Positions 27,701 to 36,536 of a DNA stretch of 64,000 nucleotides are shown here, one piece after another; within the stretch, counting starts at the first letter, position 1, and each line of letters begins with the position of its first letter. A program made the position numbers and the translations under genes. Source of the DNA: Minisyncoccia bacterium (GTDB lineage: Bacteria > Patescibacteriota > Minisyncoccia > UBA6257 > 2-01-FULL-56-20); NCBI GenBank assembly GCA_050008535.1, contig JBEKML010000001.1, forward strand, positions 327,050 to 391,049, in the 5' to 3' direction. The notes under the pieces were generated by a model. That model had not been told where the DNA came from. It searched no databases and saw nothing but the letters and a program-made list of their open reading frames with translations.

Positions 27701-28496
27701 TCTTGTCGTCACGCCGGGTTCCGGTTTGTCGGTGCAGATTCACGTGCCTGGCCAAAGCCGGACGGACGCCGTAGTTGAATTCAAGGTGAAATCGAGCGCG
27801 GTGGGGGCAAACACGGGGAATATTGCGAGCGTCGCCCGCGCCGATAGCGGCGCCAATCGCTACCATCTTTCGATGGCGGATTTTCTGAATCAAAAAGAGG
27901 CGATCGGAAAGACGAACTCAAGTGCCTATAGCACGCTTACGTCAACGGCATTCACGTTCAGTGCCGGCACCTTTTACGAATTCCGCGGTTCGATTTCCGG
28001 AACAACGCTCTCGTCGTGGCTGAACGGTGGGAATGCCTTGACGATAACTGACTCCGCGCTCACAAGCGCAGGATATCTCGGTTTCGCCGCTTCTTCTACG
28101 AACGGCAGTGTTACCTTTACCATTGATAATTTCGCTCTCTATTCTTCAACCGGCGTTACCATGAACAGTCTGCCGGGCGGCGGCTCATGGACGGTGAGGA
28201 CATCAGCATCTACCACGATCTCATGCCAGACGGGAAGCACATGGGACCTCTCAACGTACACGGGACAAGTACCGATAGATTACGACAACGGCGGGGGAAG
28301 CGTTGCAGTGTGGGCTGGGAATAATTCCTGTTCCGGCGCACCGGACGTGACCTATCCGGCAGCGGGTCTTGCAACCGACATTTTCGGCGGCGATACCTAC
28401 GCCTATACCCCGGTCGGCAGCACCACGTCCCAGCGCGGCGCTTCCATTGCAACCTCCACAATTACTGTCGGCACCGCCGGAGTGATCAGCTACTAA
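24744..28496 (+). CDS. giant secreted protein (1250 aa) with tandem fibronectin-III-like repeats and a C-terminal LamG/concanavalin-like region; candidate pilus-associated adhesin
   Basis: Signal peptide MQNKKFIVVGVVIGCIIIFAPKAFAS. Repeated FN3-like units (TYTSVSSSTLTVNWASSTGATYYKMERATSSQSY...FFYRVRGTNGNG, then ATYANIGTSTVTVNWTTPTGGAASYIIQRATSSQSY...YFYRVQAANATGNG). Ser/Thr/Gly-rich beta-strand region. Embedded between pilin genes. Confidence 0.6.
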   Translation: MQNKKFIVVGVVIGCIIIFAPKAFASDRYYVGGTANWSATSSWATTSGGSPGASIPTPADNCFFDASSSPTSYTVTLTAAVSCKDITVVSPPSGNATIGVNNYNMAVYGSMDLATGTVVSIGTSGVSFAATSSVQTIRTRGTSFVIVSFTGSGATFRLLDNLTVSYQIGLSAGRIFDANGQTVIFPSSTNAYVSGDFTFYNLTRNTNAANRNLYLGGNITITGTLTLNGYSATTSRSLLVSQTSGAQTAGITRTITLSGASATLSVSNIDLEDIAGAVANGASAALWDLSAISGLSGDCGGNSGITFTNPQTQYYKHPGTANASWSGANWYASDHATLQRVPLPQDDVVFNVGAFAATGKKITMDMPRGGKSIDFSAVEYTPTFALDSTSNTIYGSLTLGTMGNSNIIAMGGNAFVFGGRSAYTLKSNGNTFSSAGNWSFTSNAPGGSLTLKDNLNMVGGTAVTLTTANGTFSAVDGANNYAITTGRIGVSASGTIALGSATHLLTGTGAVWTGTGIVNAGSSTLKFTNTGTSTISFTSGTKTYNNVWFSRGGSTASTTITGNNTFNDFKDDGNAAHSILFTHGTTSTVQTFTVTGNGAGNEITINSDTAATHSLVKLGGGTISSDYLNIQHSVASPVNTWYAGTNSINNQAVATAGSGWIFTSPPVPGAPGTPTYTSVSSSTLTVNWASSTGATYYKMERATSSQSYLQIATTSALSYADTGLTANTTFFYRVRGTNGNGDGPYSTSSSILTLPDVVSPAPTYANIGTSTVTVNWTTPTGGAASYIIQRATSSQSYAQVATTTAIFINDSGLAQSTIYFYRVQAANATGNGQVSASSSVTTTGVNSAPNAPSEDLPANNSQGISITPVFEMTATDPESNNLQYRVVIYSNSGCTAVVQTNDQSASQTGWSGQNASSSYEYISGTQGVFATQSALSANTTYYWIANAKDPEGSNTWGASSTCNGFTTAYGSWATDSGNWSVSSSQYLVVTPGSGLSVQIHVPGQSRTDAVVEFKVKSSAVGANTGNIASVARADSGANRYHLSMADFLNQKEAIGKTNSSAYSTLTSTAFTFSAGTFYEFRGSISGTTLSSWLNGGNALTITDSALTSAGYLGFAASSTNGSVTFTIDNFALYSSTGVTMNSLPGGGSWTVRTSASTTISCQTGSTWDLSTYTGQVPIDYDNGGGSVAVWAGNNSCSGAPDVTYPAAGLATDIFGGDTYAYTPVGSTTSQRGASIATSTITVGTAGVISY

Positions 28497-28515
28497 GAAT
28501 TGTCCTGATGGTATA

Positions 28516-28923
28516 ATGAACAGGATGAAGCGCGGACAGACGTTCTTGGCACTTGTCTTTTTGATCGGCGGGGTGGTGATCCTGATCGGGCTCACGCTTG
28601 TGTTCCTTGCCAATACCTTCGTCGATACGGGGTATGGCTATCAAGCATCAATACAGGCAGAGGCGGTGGCAGCATCAGGAGCGAGGGACGCCCTACTTCT
28701 CCTTGGCCGCATCTCCGGAGCTTCGCTTCCGGGAAGCTATACGGTTCCCGTGGGGTCAAGCACCGCAACAGTGACCATCACGCAAAATAGTCCTTCCACG
28801 GGCCTTATCACCGTACTTTCCACTGCGACCGTTTCAAATCGTGCGAGAAAAATAAGCGTAGTAGCGGCAATCGACGCCTCTACGGGCCAGGTAAGCGTCA
28901 TCTCGTGGCAGGCCACTCAATGA
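28516..28923 (+). CDS. pilin-like protein lacking Glu+5 (possible minor pseudopilin)
   Basis: N-terminus MNRMKRGQTFLALVFLIGGVVILIGLTL resembles a class III signal peptide, but position +5 is Ala. Confidence 0.3.
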   Translation: MNRMKRGQTFLALVFLIGGVVILIGLTLVFLANTFVDTGYGYQASIQAEAVAASGARDALLLLGRISGASLPGSYTVPVGSSTATVTITQNSPSTGLITVLSTATVSNRARKISVVAAIDASTGQVSVISWQATQ

Positions 28924-28924
28924 A

Positions 28925-30445
28925 ATGAAAAAAATATTTCACCAATTACTTTCTTTTTTGCGGGTTCGCGCGATGGCGGGGGGGCTTGAAGTGAGCGATC
29001 AAGTGCTGCGGCTGGTGAATGTTAACAAAAAAATATGGCAGATGTATGCGGTCCGGCTGGAGCCGGGCGTTTTGGAGAGAGGAAGGATAAAAAATCGCGA
29101 GGCGTTCATTGCGGCGCTTACCGCATTGAGAGCAATGGCGCAAGGAGAAGAAAAGGCGAAAAAGATGAGCGTGGTGCTTTGTATAAGCTCCGCAGAGACC
29201 TATACCCAGCTCTTTTCCCTTCCGTTGGTTCGGGGCGAGGAACTGGAGAAAACGGTGGAGTTGAATCTTCAGATGGCGTCACCGCTCGAGGCCGGCGAGG
29301 CACATTCGGGGTGGCAACTGGTGAACCAGGAGAAAGATAAGCCGCAGCTTCAGGTCCTTTCCGCATTTATGGAACGGAAAGCGGTGGATGAAATGGTGGA
29401 CGCTCTTTTTGAAGCGGGATTTTTGGTGATGGCGGTAGAGTCGCGCGCGCTCGCTTTGACGAGAATGTTTCGCGAAAAGGGTGCGGGCATCGATGCGGCG
29501 AAGTCGTATATATTCGTGAATATTGACAACACAGGACTTGATTTTCTCGTCATCCGCAACGGTGCGCTTTATTTTGAATATGCAAATTCATGGCATGATC
29601 TTATGGATGAAAAAGGGGAAATTACCGCCGCGAAATTTGAGGCAACACTTGCGGCAAGCGTGCGGCAAGTCATCAATTTTTATAACCAGCATTGGGCGGA
29701 ACCCCTTGGCGCCATCATTCTTTCAGCGGCGGCGCTTGAGGCTGAGGCCGAGAAAGCGATCGCTTCGAACGCCTCTGTTCCGACGGTGCGCCTCACGCTT
29801 GTCATGGGCCAGCCGATTTCTTCGGAGTGGCTCACGGCGCTCGGATGTAGTTTGCGCGAATCGGGGCACAAAACGGAAGATCACGAAATAAGCTTTCTGG
29901 GAGAAGATTCGGAGGATCAATTCCGCCAAGGACAAGTTCTCAACTTTATGCGTTTTTGGCGCGTGGTAGTTCCCGCCACATTAGCCCTCCTTGTGCTTGC
30001 CTTTATTGTGGCGGATGTCTTCCTTATGAATACAAAGAGCGAGATCGAATCGCGTTCCGACTTCAATTTCGGCGGCGCGGAGGTGCCCAAAATTTTAACT
30101 CTTCAGACGTCAGCAAGGGACTTCAACCATTTGGTGACGCTTGTTGCCGCCGCTGAGGGCGCAACGAGTCCGAAAAACGATTTCTTGAGGAAGATAGTGG
30201 ATTTTGCGGCGGTGAATCATGTCACCATTTCCCACCTTTCTTTTCGATCGTTCGGTGAGCCAATCAGTCTTTCGGGAATCGCCCAGACAGCAGGTGCCGT
30301 GCTATCCTTCAAGACGGCCACCGAAAACGATTCTGCGTTCAGCAAGATCGATCTTCCTTTGACCGGCATCCAGGCGAACGGAGGCAACGTTTCGTTTTCA
30401 ATGACGTTTCTTTACGCTCCGTCACCCCCGCCGGGCTCACCGTAG
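28925..30445 (+). CDS. PilM-like actin-fold pilus assembly protein fused to a PilN-like transmembrane/periplasmic region
   Basis: N-terminal about 330 aa is actin/Hsp70-fold-like with PilM-type organisation. A TM helix (VVPATLALLVLAFIVADVFLM) and a periplasmic domain follow. Last gene of the pilus cluster. Confidence 0.45.
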   Translation: MKKIFHQLLSFLRVRAMAGGLEVSDQVLRLVNVNKKIWQMYAVRLEPGVLERGRIKNREAFIAALTALRAMAQGEEKAKKMSVVLCISSAETYTQLFSLPLVRGEELEKTVELNLQMASPLEAGEAHSGWQLVNQEKDKPQLQVLSAFMERKAVDEMVDALFEAGFLVMAVESRALALTRMFREKGAGIDAAKSYIFVNIDNTGLDFLVIRNGALYFEYANSWHDLMDEKGEITAAKFEATLAASVRQVINFYNQHWAEPLGAIILSAAALEAEAEKAIASNASVPTVRLTLVMGQPISSEWLTALGCSLRESGHKTEDHEISFLGEDSEDQFRQGQVLNFMRFWRVVVPATLALLVLAFIVADVFLMNTKSEIESRSDFNFGGAEVPKILTLQTSARDFNHLVTLVAAAEGATSPKNDFLRKIVDFAAVNHVTISHLSFRSFGEPISLSGIAQTAGAVLSFKTATENDSAFSKIDLPLTGIQANGGNVSFSMTFLYAPSPPPGSP

Positions 30446-30957
30446 GGAAGAAGTTGGTTCGCGATTTCGGCAAAAACCGCGTGAAGGATCTTTCGATCCT
30501 TCGGCGTGATGTTTTTAAGCACGAACGCGGATGCTTTCTTGCGCCCCGTCCCCTCCGTGGGGCGGATGCCGATGCGGATGCGCGTGAAATCTTTCGTGCG
30601 GAGCGCGTCCATGATGGATTGGACTCCTTTGTGGCCCGCCGCGTTTCTTCCGGCGGATACTTTGTATTTTCCGACCGGAAGATCGCTCTCGTCGTGAAGA
30701 ACGGTGAGCTCCGTGGCTCTTCCGCCGAATTTCTTCATTGCTTCCCGCACCGCCGCGCCCGATTCGTTCATGAAAGTGAGAGGAAGAACGAACACGGTAT
30801 CCGCGGTCGCAGCGAACGCGAAAGAACCTTTCTGTTTTTTGAACTCCATCCCGTCCGTGATCACCCGGAGCGCGGACTGTCCCACGTTGTGGTAGGTATG
30901 CGCAAACGCCGTGCCGGGGTTGCCAAGTCCCACGATGATTCTTCGCAGCGTTTTCAT
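30412..30957 (-). CDS. pth: peptidyl-tRNA hydrolase
   Basis: N-terminus IIVGLGNPGTAFAHTYHNVG and catalytic His are characteristic of Pth. Confidence 0.85.
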   Translation of the reverse strand: MKTLRRIIVGLGNPGTAFAHTYHNVGQSALRVITDGMEFKKQKGSFAFAATADTVFVLPLTFMNESGAAVREAMKKFGGRATELTVLHDESDLPVGKYKVSAGRNAAGHKGVQSIMDALRTKDFTRIRIGIRPTEGTGRKKASAFVLKNITPKDRKILHAVFAEIANQLLPYGEPGGGDGA

Positions 30958-31000
30958 TGGCTTGATTTTACCATATTGCGCGCGATATAATGAGTACTAC

Positions 31001-31552
31001 ATGAGGAAATTTCTTGCGTCGCTCCTGGAGGTTTTGGAGATCGCGGTCATTGCGGTTGTGGCAGTATTCATCGTGAGGACCTTCCTGGTGCAGCCCTTCC
31101 TCGTAAGCGGTTCCAGCATGTCGCCGAACTTTTCGAACGGCGATTACGTGCTGGTGGATGAGCTGACCTACCATCTCCGCGGGCCGGAACGCGGCGAAGT
31201 AGTCGTCTTCCATGATCCACAGGATTATTCCACCTATTTCATCAAGCGGGTCATCGGCTTGCCGAACGAACGTGTGACGATCAAAAATGACACCATAACG
31301 GTCGTGAACAGCGCCTATCCGCAGGGGTTTGCGCTTGGCGAAACCTATCTTCCAAAGGGGATCGATACATCGGGTAATACCACATATGCTCTTTCTTCGA
31401 GCACCTACCTTCTCCTCGGCGATAACCGCCCATTCAGTTATGATTCGCGGATGTGGGGGCCGCTTCCGAAGAGCAATATTGTGGGGCTTGTCCGGGTCCG
31501 TCTCTGGCCCTTGAATGAAATGACCGCTTTTGCGGCGCCGCAGTACCAATAA
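31001..31552 (+). CDS. lepB: signal peptidase I
   Basis: Catalytic Ser box SGSSMSPNF. KRVIGLPNERV. Box E GDNRPFSYDSRMWG. ATG at 31001 (the upstream part of the ORF overlaps pth). Confidence 0.85.
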   Translation: MRKFLASLLEVLEIAVIAVVAVFIVRTFLVQPFLVSGSSMSPNFSNGDYVLVDELTYHLRGPERGEVVVFHDPQDYSTYFIKRVIGLPNERVTIKNDTITVVNSAYPQGFALGETYLPKGIDTSGNTTYALSSSTYLLLGDNRPFSYDSRMWGPLPKSNIVGLVRVRLWPLNEMTAFAAPQYQ

Positions 31553-32844
31553 TGAACGACAAACCAAAAGAAAATCCGCGCACTTTTCAGGCCGTGAGAG
31601 GCATGCACGACGTTTTGCCTGCCGATCAGCCATATTGGGACCGGATCGAAAACCTTACCAAGGACCTTGCGCGTTCCTACGGCTTCGCGCGGCTTGAGCC
31701 GCCCGTTTTGGAATTCGCGGAGCTCTATCACAAGACGTCCGGCGAGGAAAGCGACGTGGTGCAGAAAGAAATGTATACGCTTCGTACAAAGGGAGGAGAC
31801 TTCCTGGCGCTCCGGCCGGAATATACGCCGGGCATCGCGCGCGCGTATCTTGAAAATAGTTTGAGCCGCATGGGCCAGCCGCAAAAACTGTTTTATTTCG
31901 GTCCGGTCTTCCGGCACGACCGACCGCAGCTCGGGCGCTACCGGCAGTTCACGCAAATCGGGTTCGAAACGCTCGCGGGCCCGAACGATCCCATCTATGA
32001 CGCGGAGATCATCTCCGTTTCGTGGGACCTTTTAAGCGAGCTTAAAATAAAAAACCCCACGTTGAAGATCAATTCCATCGGCTGCCGCGTCTGCCGCCCG
32101 TTGTATAAAAAACAGCTCGTCAATTATTACAAAAACTACGAAAAGGAGCTTTGCGGGGACTGCGCGGAGCGGTTGAAAACGAATCCGCTCCGGCTTTTGG
32201 ATTGCAAAGAAGAAGGGTGCGTAAAGTTGAAGGGAAAAGCGCCGAACTTTCTGGACAAGCTTTGCGCGATGTGCACGGAGCATTTCAAGTCGGTGCTGGA
32301 ATATCTTGAAGAAGTGGCGATTCCCTACGAGCTTGATAATCACCTCGTGCGCGGCTTGGACTATTACAGCAGGACCGTTTTTGAAATGTACGCCGAGGGC
32401 GCGGAAGCGGCCATCGGCGCCTTGCCTGCCGGCGGCCGCTACGATTATTTGATGGAAACGATCGGCGGGCACCTGACGCCTGCGGTGGGCGTCGCCTGCG
32501 GCGTGGAGCGCCTGATCGCCGTCATGAAAGCGAGGGAGATCGCGCTGCCCGCGCGGAACCAGAAAAAAGTGTTCCTGGTGCACGCCGGGGAACTTGCGAA
32601 GCAAAAGGCGTTCGGGCTCTTGCAGTCGCTCCGCGCCCGGGGCATCTTCGTCGCCGAATCGCTCGCGAAGGAATCGCTTGCGGCGCAGCTGAAGGTCGCC
32701 GACAAAGAAGGGATCAGTCTTGCGCTCATCCTCGGCCAGAAAGAGATTTACGAAAAGAGCATTATTATTCGCGACCTGAAAACCGGCCTGCAGGAAGCTA
32801 TCCCACAAGAAAGACTTGTGGACGAGATTAAAAAGCGTTTATAA
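31552..32844 (+). CDS. hisS: histidyl-tRNA synthetase
   Basis: Class II motifs (AVRGMHDVLP, RPEYTPGIAR, FRHDRPQLGRYRQFTQIGFE). Anticodon-binding C-terminus. Confidence 0.9.
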   Translation: MNDKPKENPRTFQAVRGMHDVLPADQPYWDRIENLTKDLARSYGFARLEPPVLEFAELYHKTSGEESDVVQKEMYTLRTKGGDFLALRPEYTPGIARAYLENSLSRMGQPQKLFYFGPVFRHDRPQLGRYRQFTQIGFETLAGPNDPIYDAEIISVSWDLLSELKIKNPTLKINSIGCRVCRPLYKKQLVNYYKNYEKELCGDCAERLKTNPLRLLDCKEEGCVKLKGKAPNFLDKLCAMCTEHFKSVLEYLEEVAIPYELDNHLVRGLDYYSRTVFEMYAEGAEAAIGALPAGGRYDYLMETIGGHLTPAVGVACGVERLIAVMKAREIALPARNQKKVFLVHAGELAKQKAFGLLQSLRARGIFVAESLAKESLAAQLKVADKEGISLALILGQKEIYEKSIIIRDLKTGLQEAIPQERLVDEIKKRL

Positions 32845-32852
32845 CCATTCAT

Positions 32853-33260
32853 ATGGAGGATTGCATCTTTTGTAAAATAGCGGCAAAGGAAAGCCCCGCG
32901 TATGTGGTATACGAAGATGAGCACGCCATCGCCTTTTTTGATATCACGCCGAGTGCGCCGGGGCACACGATGGTGATCCCAAAAGCGCACGCGCCGAATT
33001 TTCTTGAATTGCCGGATGCCGAAGTGGCACCGCTTTTTGCGGCGGTGAAGAAAGTGGCGGAGCTTGTGGTACGCAAACTCGGAGCGGACGGGGCCACGGT
33101 GGGTATAAACCAAGGCCGCGCGAGCGGACAATATGTGGACCATCTGCACGTGCACATCATTCCGCGATGGAAAGGCGACGGCGGATCTGCGGTGCAGTCG
33201 GTGGTGAACAATAAACCAAAGGAATCGCTGGAGGAGATCAAAAAGAAGATTGTTGGCTAG
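32853..33260 (+). CDS. HIT family (histidine triad) protein
   Basis: CIFCKI N-terminus and histidine triad HLHVHIIPR. Confidence 0.85.
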   Translation: MEDCIFCKIAAKESPAYVVYEDEHAIAFFDITPSAPGHTMVIPKAHAPNFLELPDAEVAPLFAAVKKVAELVVRKLGADGATVGINQGRASGQYVDHLHVHIIPRWKGDGGSAVQSVVNNKPKESLEEIKKKIVG

Positions 33261-33345
33261 CAGCGCCAGGATATTCTATTTCTCTGGACTATTTTTAGTC
33301 CTTTTAGTACCCTTGACTTAGACGCTTTACACAAGGAGCAGAACG

Positions 33346-34743
33346 TTGGAACCAAAAATCACGGAAGATACGCTGCGTGCCCTCGGGTTGGTTTTCCCGG
33401 TTTTCAGTGGCGTTCAGATTGACCTCACCGCAGTATCTCGCTCCGTGCCCGACGGCAATAAGCGGTCCGCCTCCTTGTGCAACCACAATTGCACCAGTGA
33501 GGTCGGCGGCTATACTTGCCCCGCGGCGTTTACCCGTAATAGGGGAGTTAAGCCCAGGTTTGCATCGGGCGAGGAACTCCTCCTGCGAATCGAGATGGGT
33601 CGCAACGGGCTGATGCTTGCCCGCAATGCCTTTCTCAAGGATCACTTTGCCGATTACTGCCGACTCTTCGCCGTTCCCGCCGCCGTTCAGGCGATTCTCG
33701 CACGGTCGCTTCAATCCGATTTGTGCGAAGTCAACTTGTTTGGGGGCAATCCGGAAATGCATCCCGAAGTCACCGAGCTCATCCGGAAGCTCAAGGCGAG
33801 GGACTTCCGGGTGAATCTGACCACGACGGGGCGCCGCTTTATCACGGATAGGCAATTCGTCGGAGAATTTGCGGCGAGTCCAGCTCATCTTTTGGCCCTC
33901 AGCGCGGACGACTTCGATCCGGCACGGCTTGATGAGCTATTCCAGATGCCCCTCGGTGAACTCGCGGCCACCTGGAAGCAGATCAATCCGCTTTACGGCC
34001 AAGCCCAGAAATTCGCGGAAGGGGTCTATGCCGCGCGTCTCGTGCAAGAGCGGAACATCCAAACGCAGGTGTTGTTTAACATGGTGCTTCACGCGGGGAA
34101 TCTTCGCCATATCCGGCGGATCATCGCGGCCATCGCGAAGCATCTTCCTGGAGCGCTCGTAAATCCGTATTCCGCGCAGGATTCTTTCGTGGGCGGGGAC
34201 GGCCATCTGTTTTCGGCGGAGGACATCGCGGAGTTCGCCGGGCTCGTGGAGTACTTCATCTACGAAACCCGGCGTGGCAATCCGAATCTGACGAAGCGCA
34301 TTCAGTACTGGCTTGTTATGGAAGCGGTGCTGGAAATCTTCCAGGAAGACCCGGCGGCAGCCAGCAAGCTCATCGCTGGGCATCGCATCTGGCGGTGCTA
34401 CCAAGAGGAACCAATTCCCGGTGCCGGCATGTATCTGCAGATCGGCAGGGGCAACCCCGTCAACTTTATGCAAAGCGGCAACGGCGCAATGCAACCCGGC
34501 GGATACCCCGGTTGCTACTGGAACGACATCACTGTGACGGGCCCCTCGCCAGTTTCTTCGGCAGACCAGGTTGCTCGGCATTTGCTGGGCGGGATGCAAA
34601 TGTTGGCGGCAAGAGCCGCTGAACCCTGCCCAGGCTGTTCGATGCCCCGGCTGTGGTTCAACATGATTACAACGGAACTGGGACTCAACTCCGAGTTGCG
34701 CGCGTCGTATCTGCAACTGCGGCAGCGGCACGTTGGGTTCTAA
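33346..34743 (+). CDS. hypothetical protein, possibly radical-SAM-like with non-canonical Cys spacing
   Basis: Cys cluster CNHNCTSEVGGYTC (CX3CX8C, not the canonical CX3CX2C). A GGEP-like motif LFGGNPEMHPE. NLTTTG resembles the radical-SAM xTNG motif. C-terminal CPGC. Weak call. Confidence 0.3.
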   Translation: MEPKITEDTLRALGLVFPVFSGVQIDLTAVSRSVPDGNKRSASLCNHNCTSEVGGYTCPAAFTRNRGVKPRFASGEELLLRIEMGRNGLMLARNAFLKDHFADYCRLFAVPAAVQAILARSLQSDLCEVNLFGGNPEMHPEVTELIRKLKARDFRVNLTTTGRRFITDRQFVGEFAASPAHLLALSADDFDPARLDELFQMPLGELAATWKQINPLYGQAQKFAEGVYAARLVQERNIQTQVLFNMVLHAGNLRHIRRIIAAIAKHLPGALVNPYSAQDSFVGGDGHLFSAEDIAEFAGLVEYFIYETRRGNPNLTKRIQYWLVMEAVLEIFQEDPAAASKLIAGHRIWRCYQEEPIPGAGMYLQIGRGNPVNFMQSGNGAMQPGGYPGCYWNDITVTGPSPVSSADQVARHLLGGMQMLAARAAEPCPGCSMPRLWFNMITTELGLNSELRASYLQLRQRHVGF

Positions 34744-34832
34744 GGGTTCCAACTAGGAGAGGTAAATACAAGCGGGCGACCATCAAGGCCGCCCGCGTTG
34801 ACTTAATGGATTTTTCCACTATACTGTTCCCT

Positions 34833-35051
34833 ATGGCAATTGAGGCACGAAAACGGGAAGGGGAATCCCCGAACAACCTGCTTTTCACGTTCACGAGGAA
34901 GATGAAACGGAGCGGCATCTTGAAGGAGGTGCGCTCGCGGAAGTTCCATGACCGGCCGGTGAGCCGGATCAAGCGCCGGCTTTCGGCGATCCACCGCGAG
35001 GCGAAGCGGACCGAGGTGGAACGGATGAAAAAACTCGGGCTGCTCGGCTAG
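34833..35051 (+). CDS. rpsU: 30S ribosomal protein S21
   Basis: KMKRSGILKEVRSRKFHDRPVSRIKRRLSAIHREAKR matches the S21 consensus (KRSG.L.E.RRR.F.EKPS..RKR). ATG at 34833 inside the longer ORF. Confidence 0.8.
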   Translation: MAIEARKREGESPNNLLFTFTRKMKRSGILKEVRSRKFHDRPVSRIKRRLSAIHREAKRTEVERMKKLGLLG

Positions 35052-35097
35052 TGTGCGATCCCCGCCGCGCAGCGGGGATTTGGTTTATAATAGAGAC

Positions 35098-35544
35098 ATG
35101 GCGCTTTTTCAAAAAATAAATGACGATTTGAAATCTGCGATGAAAGGCGGCCAAAAGGACCGCGTGGGGGTTTTGCGGTTCATGCTCGCGGGGGTCCAAA
35201 ATGCGCAGAAGGAAAAAGGTGTGAAGCAGCCCGGCGAGGCGTTGACCGACGAGGAAGCGGTCGCGGTTTTGCAAAAAGAGGCCAAACGCCGGAAAGAGGC
35301 GATAGAACTTTTCCGGCAGGGCAAACGGGACGATCTGGTGAAAAAAGAAGAGGCCGAGCTTGCGATGATCTATGAATATCTGCCGAAGGAGCTTTCGGCG
35401 GCGGAGATCGAGAAGATGGTGGATGAGCTCAAGACACAAGGATTCAATGATTTTAATGCTCTTATGCGCGAGACAATGAAGCTTGTGAAGGGCCGCACGG
35501 ACGGGAAGACGGTGGGCGATATCATCAAGAAAAAACTTGGGTAG
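35098..35544 (+). CDS. GatB/YqeY domain protein
   Basis: MALFQKINDDLKSAMKGGQKDRVGVLRFMLAG is the YqeY N-terminal signature. Size about 150 aa. Confidence 0.75.
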   Translation: MALFQKINDDLKSAMKGGQKDRVGVLRFMLAGVQNAQKEKGVKQPGEALTDEEAVAVLQKEAKRRKEAIELFRQGKRDDLVKKEEAELAMIYEYLPKELSAAEIEKMVDELKTQGFNDFNALMRETMKLVKGRTDGKTVGDIIKKKLG

Positions 35545-35569
35545 GGCGTCTGCGGGGCGTTCCGCTCTT

Positions 35570-35959
35570 ATGGATAAAAAACTTGCGCGGCTTGCAAAAA
35601 AGATTTTGAGGATCGTCGGAGGGCGTAATGCTGCAGTGCGCACCGCGGCTCTGGATGTTTTTTTGCTTCCCGATCGGGAGATCGCCGTGCTCAAACGCCG
35701 TTTTTTCAAAAAGAAGACCGAGCCCAATGTGCTCTCGTTCCCCGAGCCCCTGTGTTTCCCGCATCCCGAAACCAAGCGGCGCTATCTCGGCGAGATTTAT
35801 CTGAACCGCGACTTATTGCGCCGTGATCCCGAGCGCGCCGCACCGCTTTTGCTGCACGGGATATTGCATTTGCTCGGCTACGATCACAAAAAGAAAGCCG
35901 GTGCCGCGAAAATGGAAAAATTAGAAAAGAACATCCTGCGCCGTTCCGGAAAAACATGA
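35570..35959 (+). CDS. ybeY: rRNA maturation endoribonuclease YbeY
   Basis: Metal-binding motif HGILHLLGYDH. Confidence 0.85.
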   Translation: MDKKLARLAKKILRIVGGRNAAVRTAALDVFLLPDREIAVLKRRFFKKKTEPNVLSFPEPLCFPHPETKRRYLGEIYLNRDLLRRDPERAAPLLLHGILHLLGYDHKKKAGAAKMEKLEKNILRRSGKT

Positions 35960-36044
35960 AGCCCCGGCGTTCGTGAACGAACGCGGGGGCTTCTGGAAGC
36001 CGGGCAATGCCCGGGATGAATCTTGTCGCCCACGGGGCGTCGGG

Positions 36045-36437
36045 TTACGGGAGCGATACCGTGGCGGTCTCGAGGCCTGCCTTCCCGAGGAGCGGGAACA
36101 TCTCCCGATTCACGAGGTCCTCAAGTGCGGGGAACGCCTTGGCGACATCAGCGAGCAACGTCGTCAACCTCAGGTCTTTCGTCGGGAGGCCGCGCTGCAC
36201 GCAGAACGCTCGTGCCCCTTCTAGCGCGAACCCGACGTATTTGTCTTCTCCGTCTTTTGGGTGATTGTTCTCGAAGACCATGAAGACCTCGTTGACGGGG
36301 GTCTCCAGAATACTGCAGGGTTTAATGACAACCTCGATTCGTCCGAGGTCCCGGTCAAACCACGCGAACGGCCGGAACTCCGGGCTGTCCGCAAACACAC
36401 GACGGACAACGTCCCCCATCTCCGCGATGGTCAGCAT
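36045..36437 (-). CDS. hypothetical protein (130 aa)
   Basis: GC-rich ORF with GGAGG 8 nt upstream of its ATG (on the minus strand). Lone opposite-strand gene between ybeY and ftsA. No motif recognised. Confidence 0.4.
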   Translation of the reverse strand: MLTIAEMGDVVRRVFADSPEFRPFAWFDRDLGRIEVVIKPCSILETPVNEVFMVFENNHPKDGEDKYVGFALEGARAFCVQRGLPTKDLRLTTLLADVAKAFPALEDLVNREMFPLLGKAGLETATVSLP

Positions 36438-36536
36438 CTGTTTCTTCCTCCTCTAGGAAGAAGTAAAGACGACGCAGGGACATTCGTCAATGCACAGTTG
36501 CGACCCCGCTCTTTTCCTCATAAAATAAAGCTATAC

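Noticed and set aside
30968-32808. 221-aa and 258-aa minus-strand ORFs antisense to lepB and hisS
   Set aside because: The plus-strand genes carry signal-peptidase and HisRS signature motifs. The minus-strand frames are GC artefacts.
36261-36536. 5' extension of the ftsA ORF (start at 36261)
   Set aside because: The extension overlaps the convergent minus-strand 130-aa gene. The FtsA phosphate-1 motif GLDIGTSS lies just after the internal ATG at 36537, which is the natural N-terminus.
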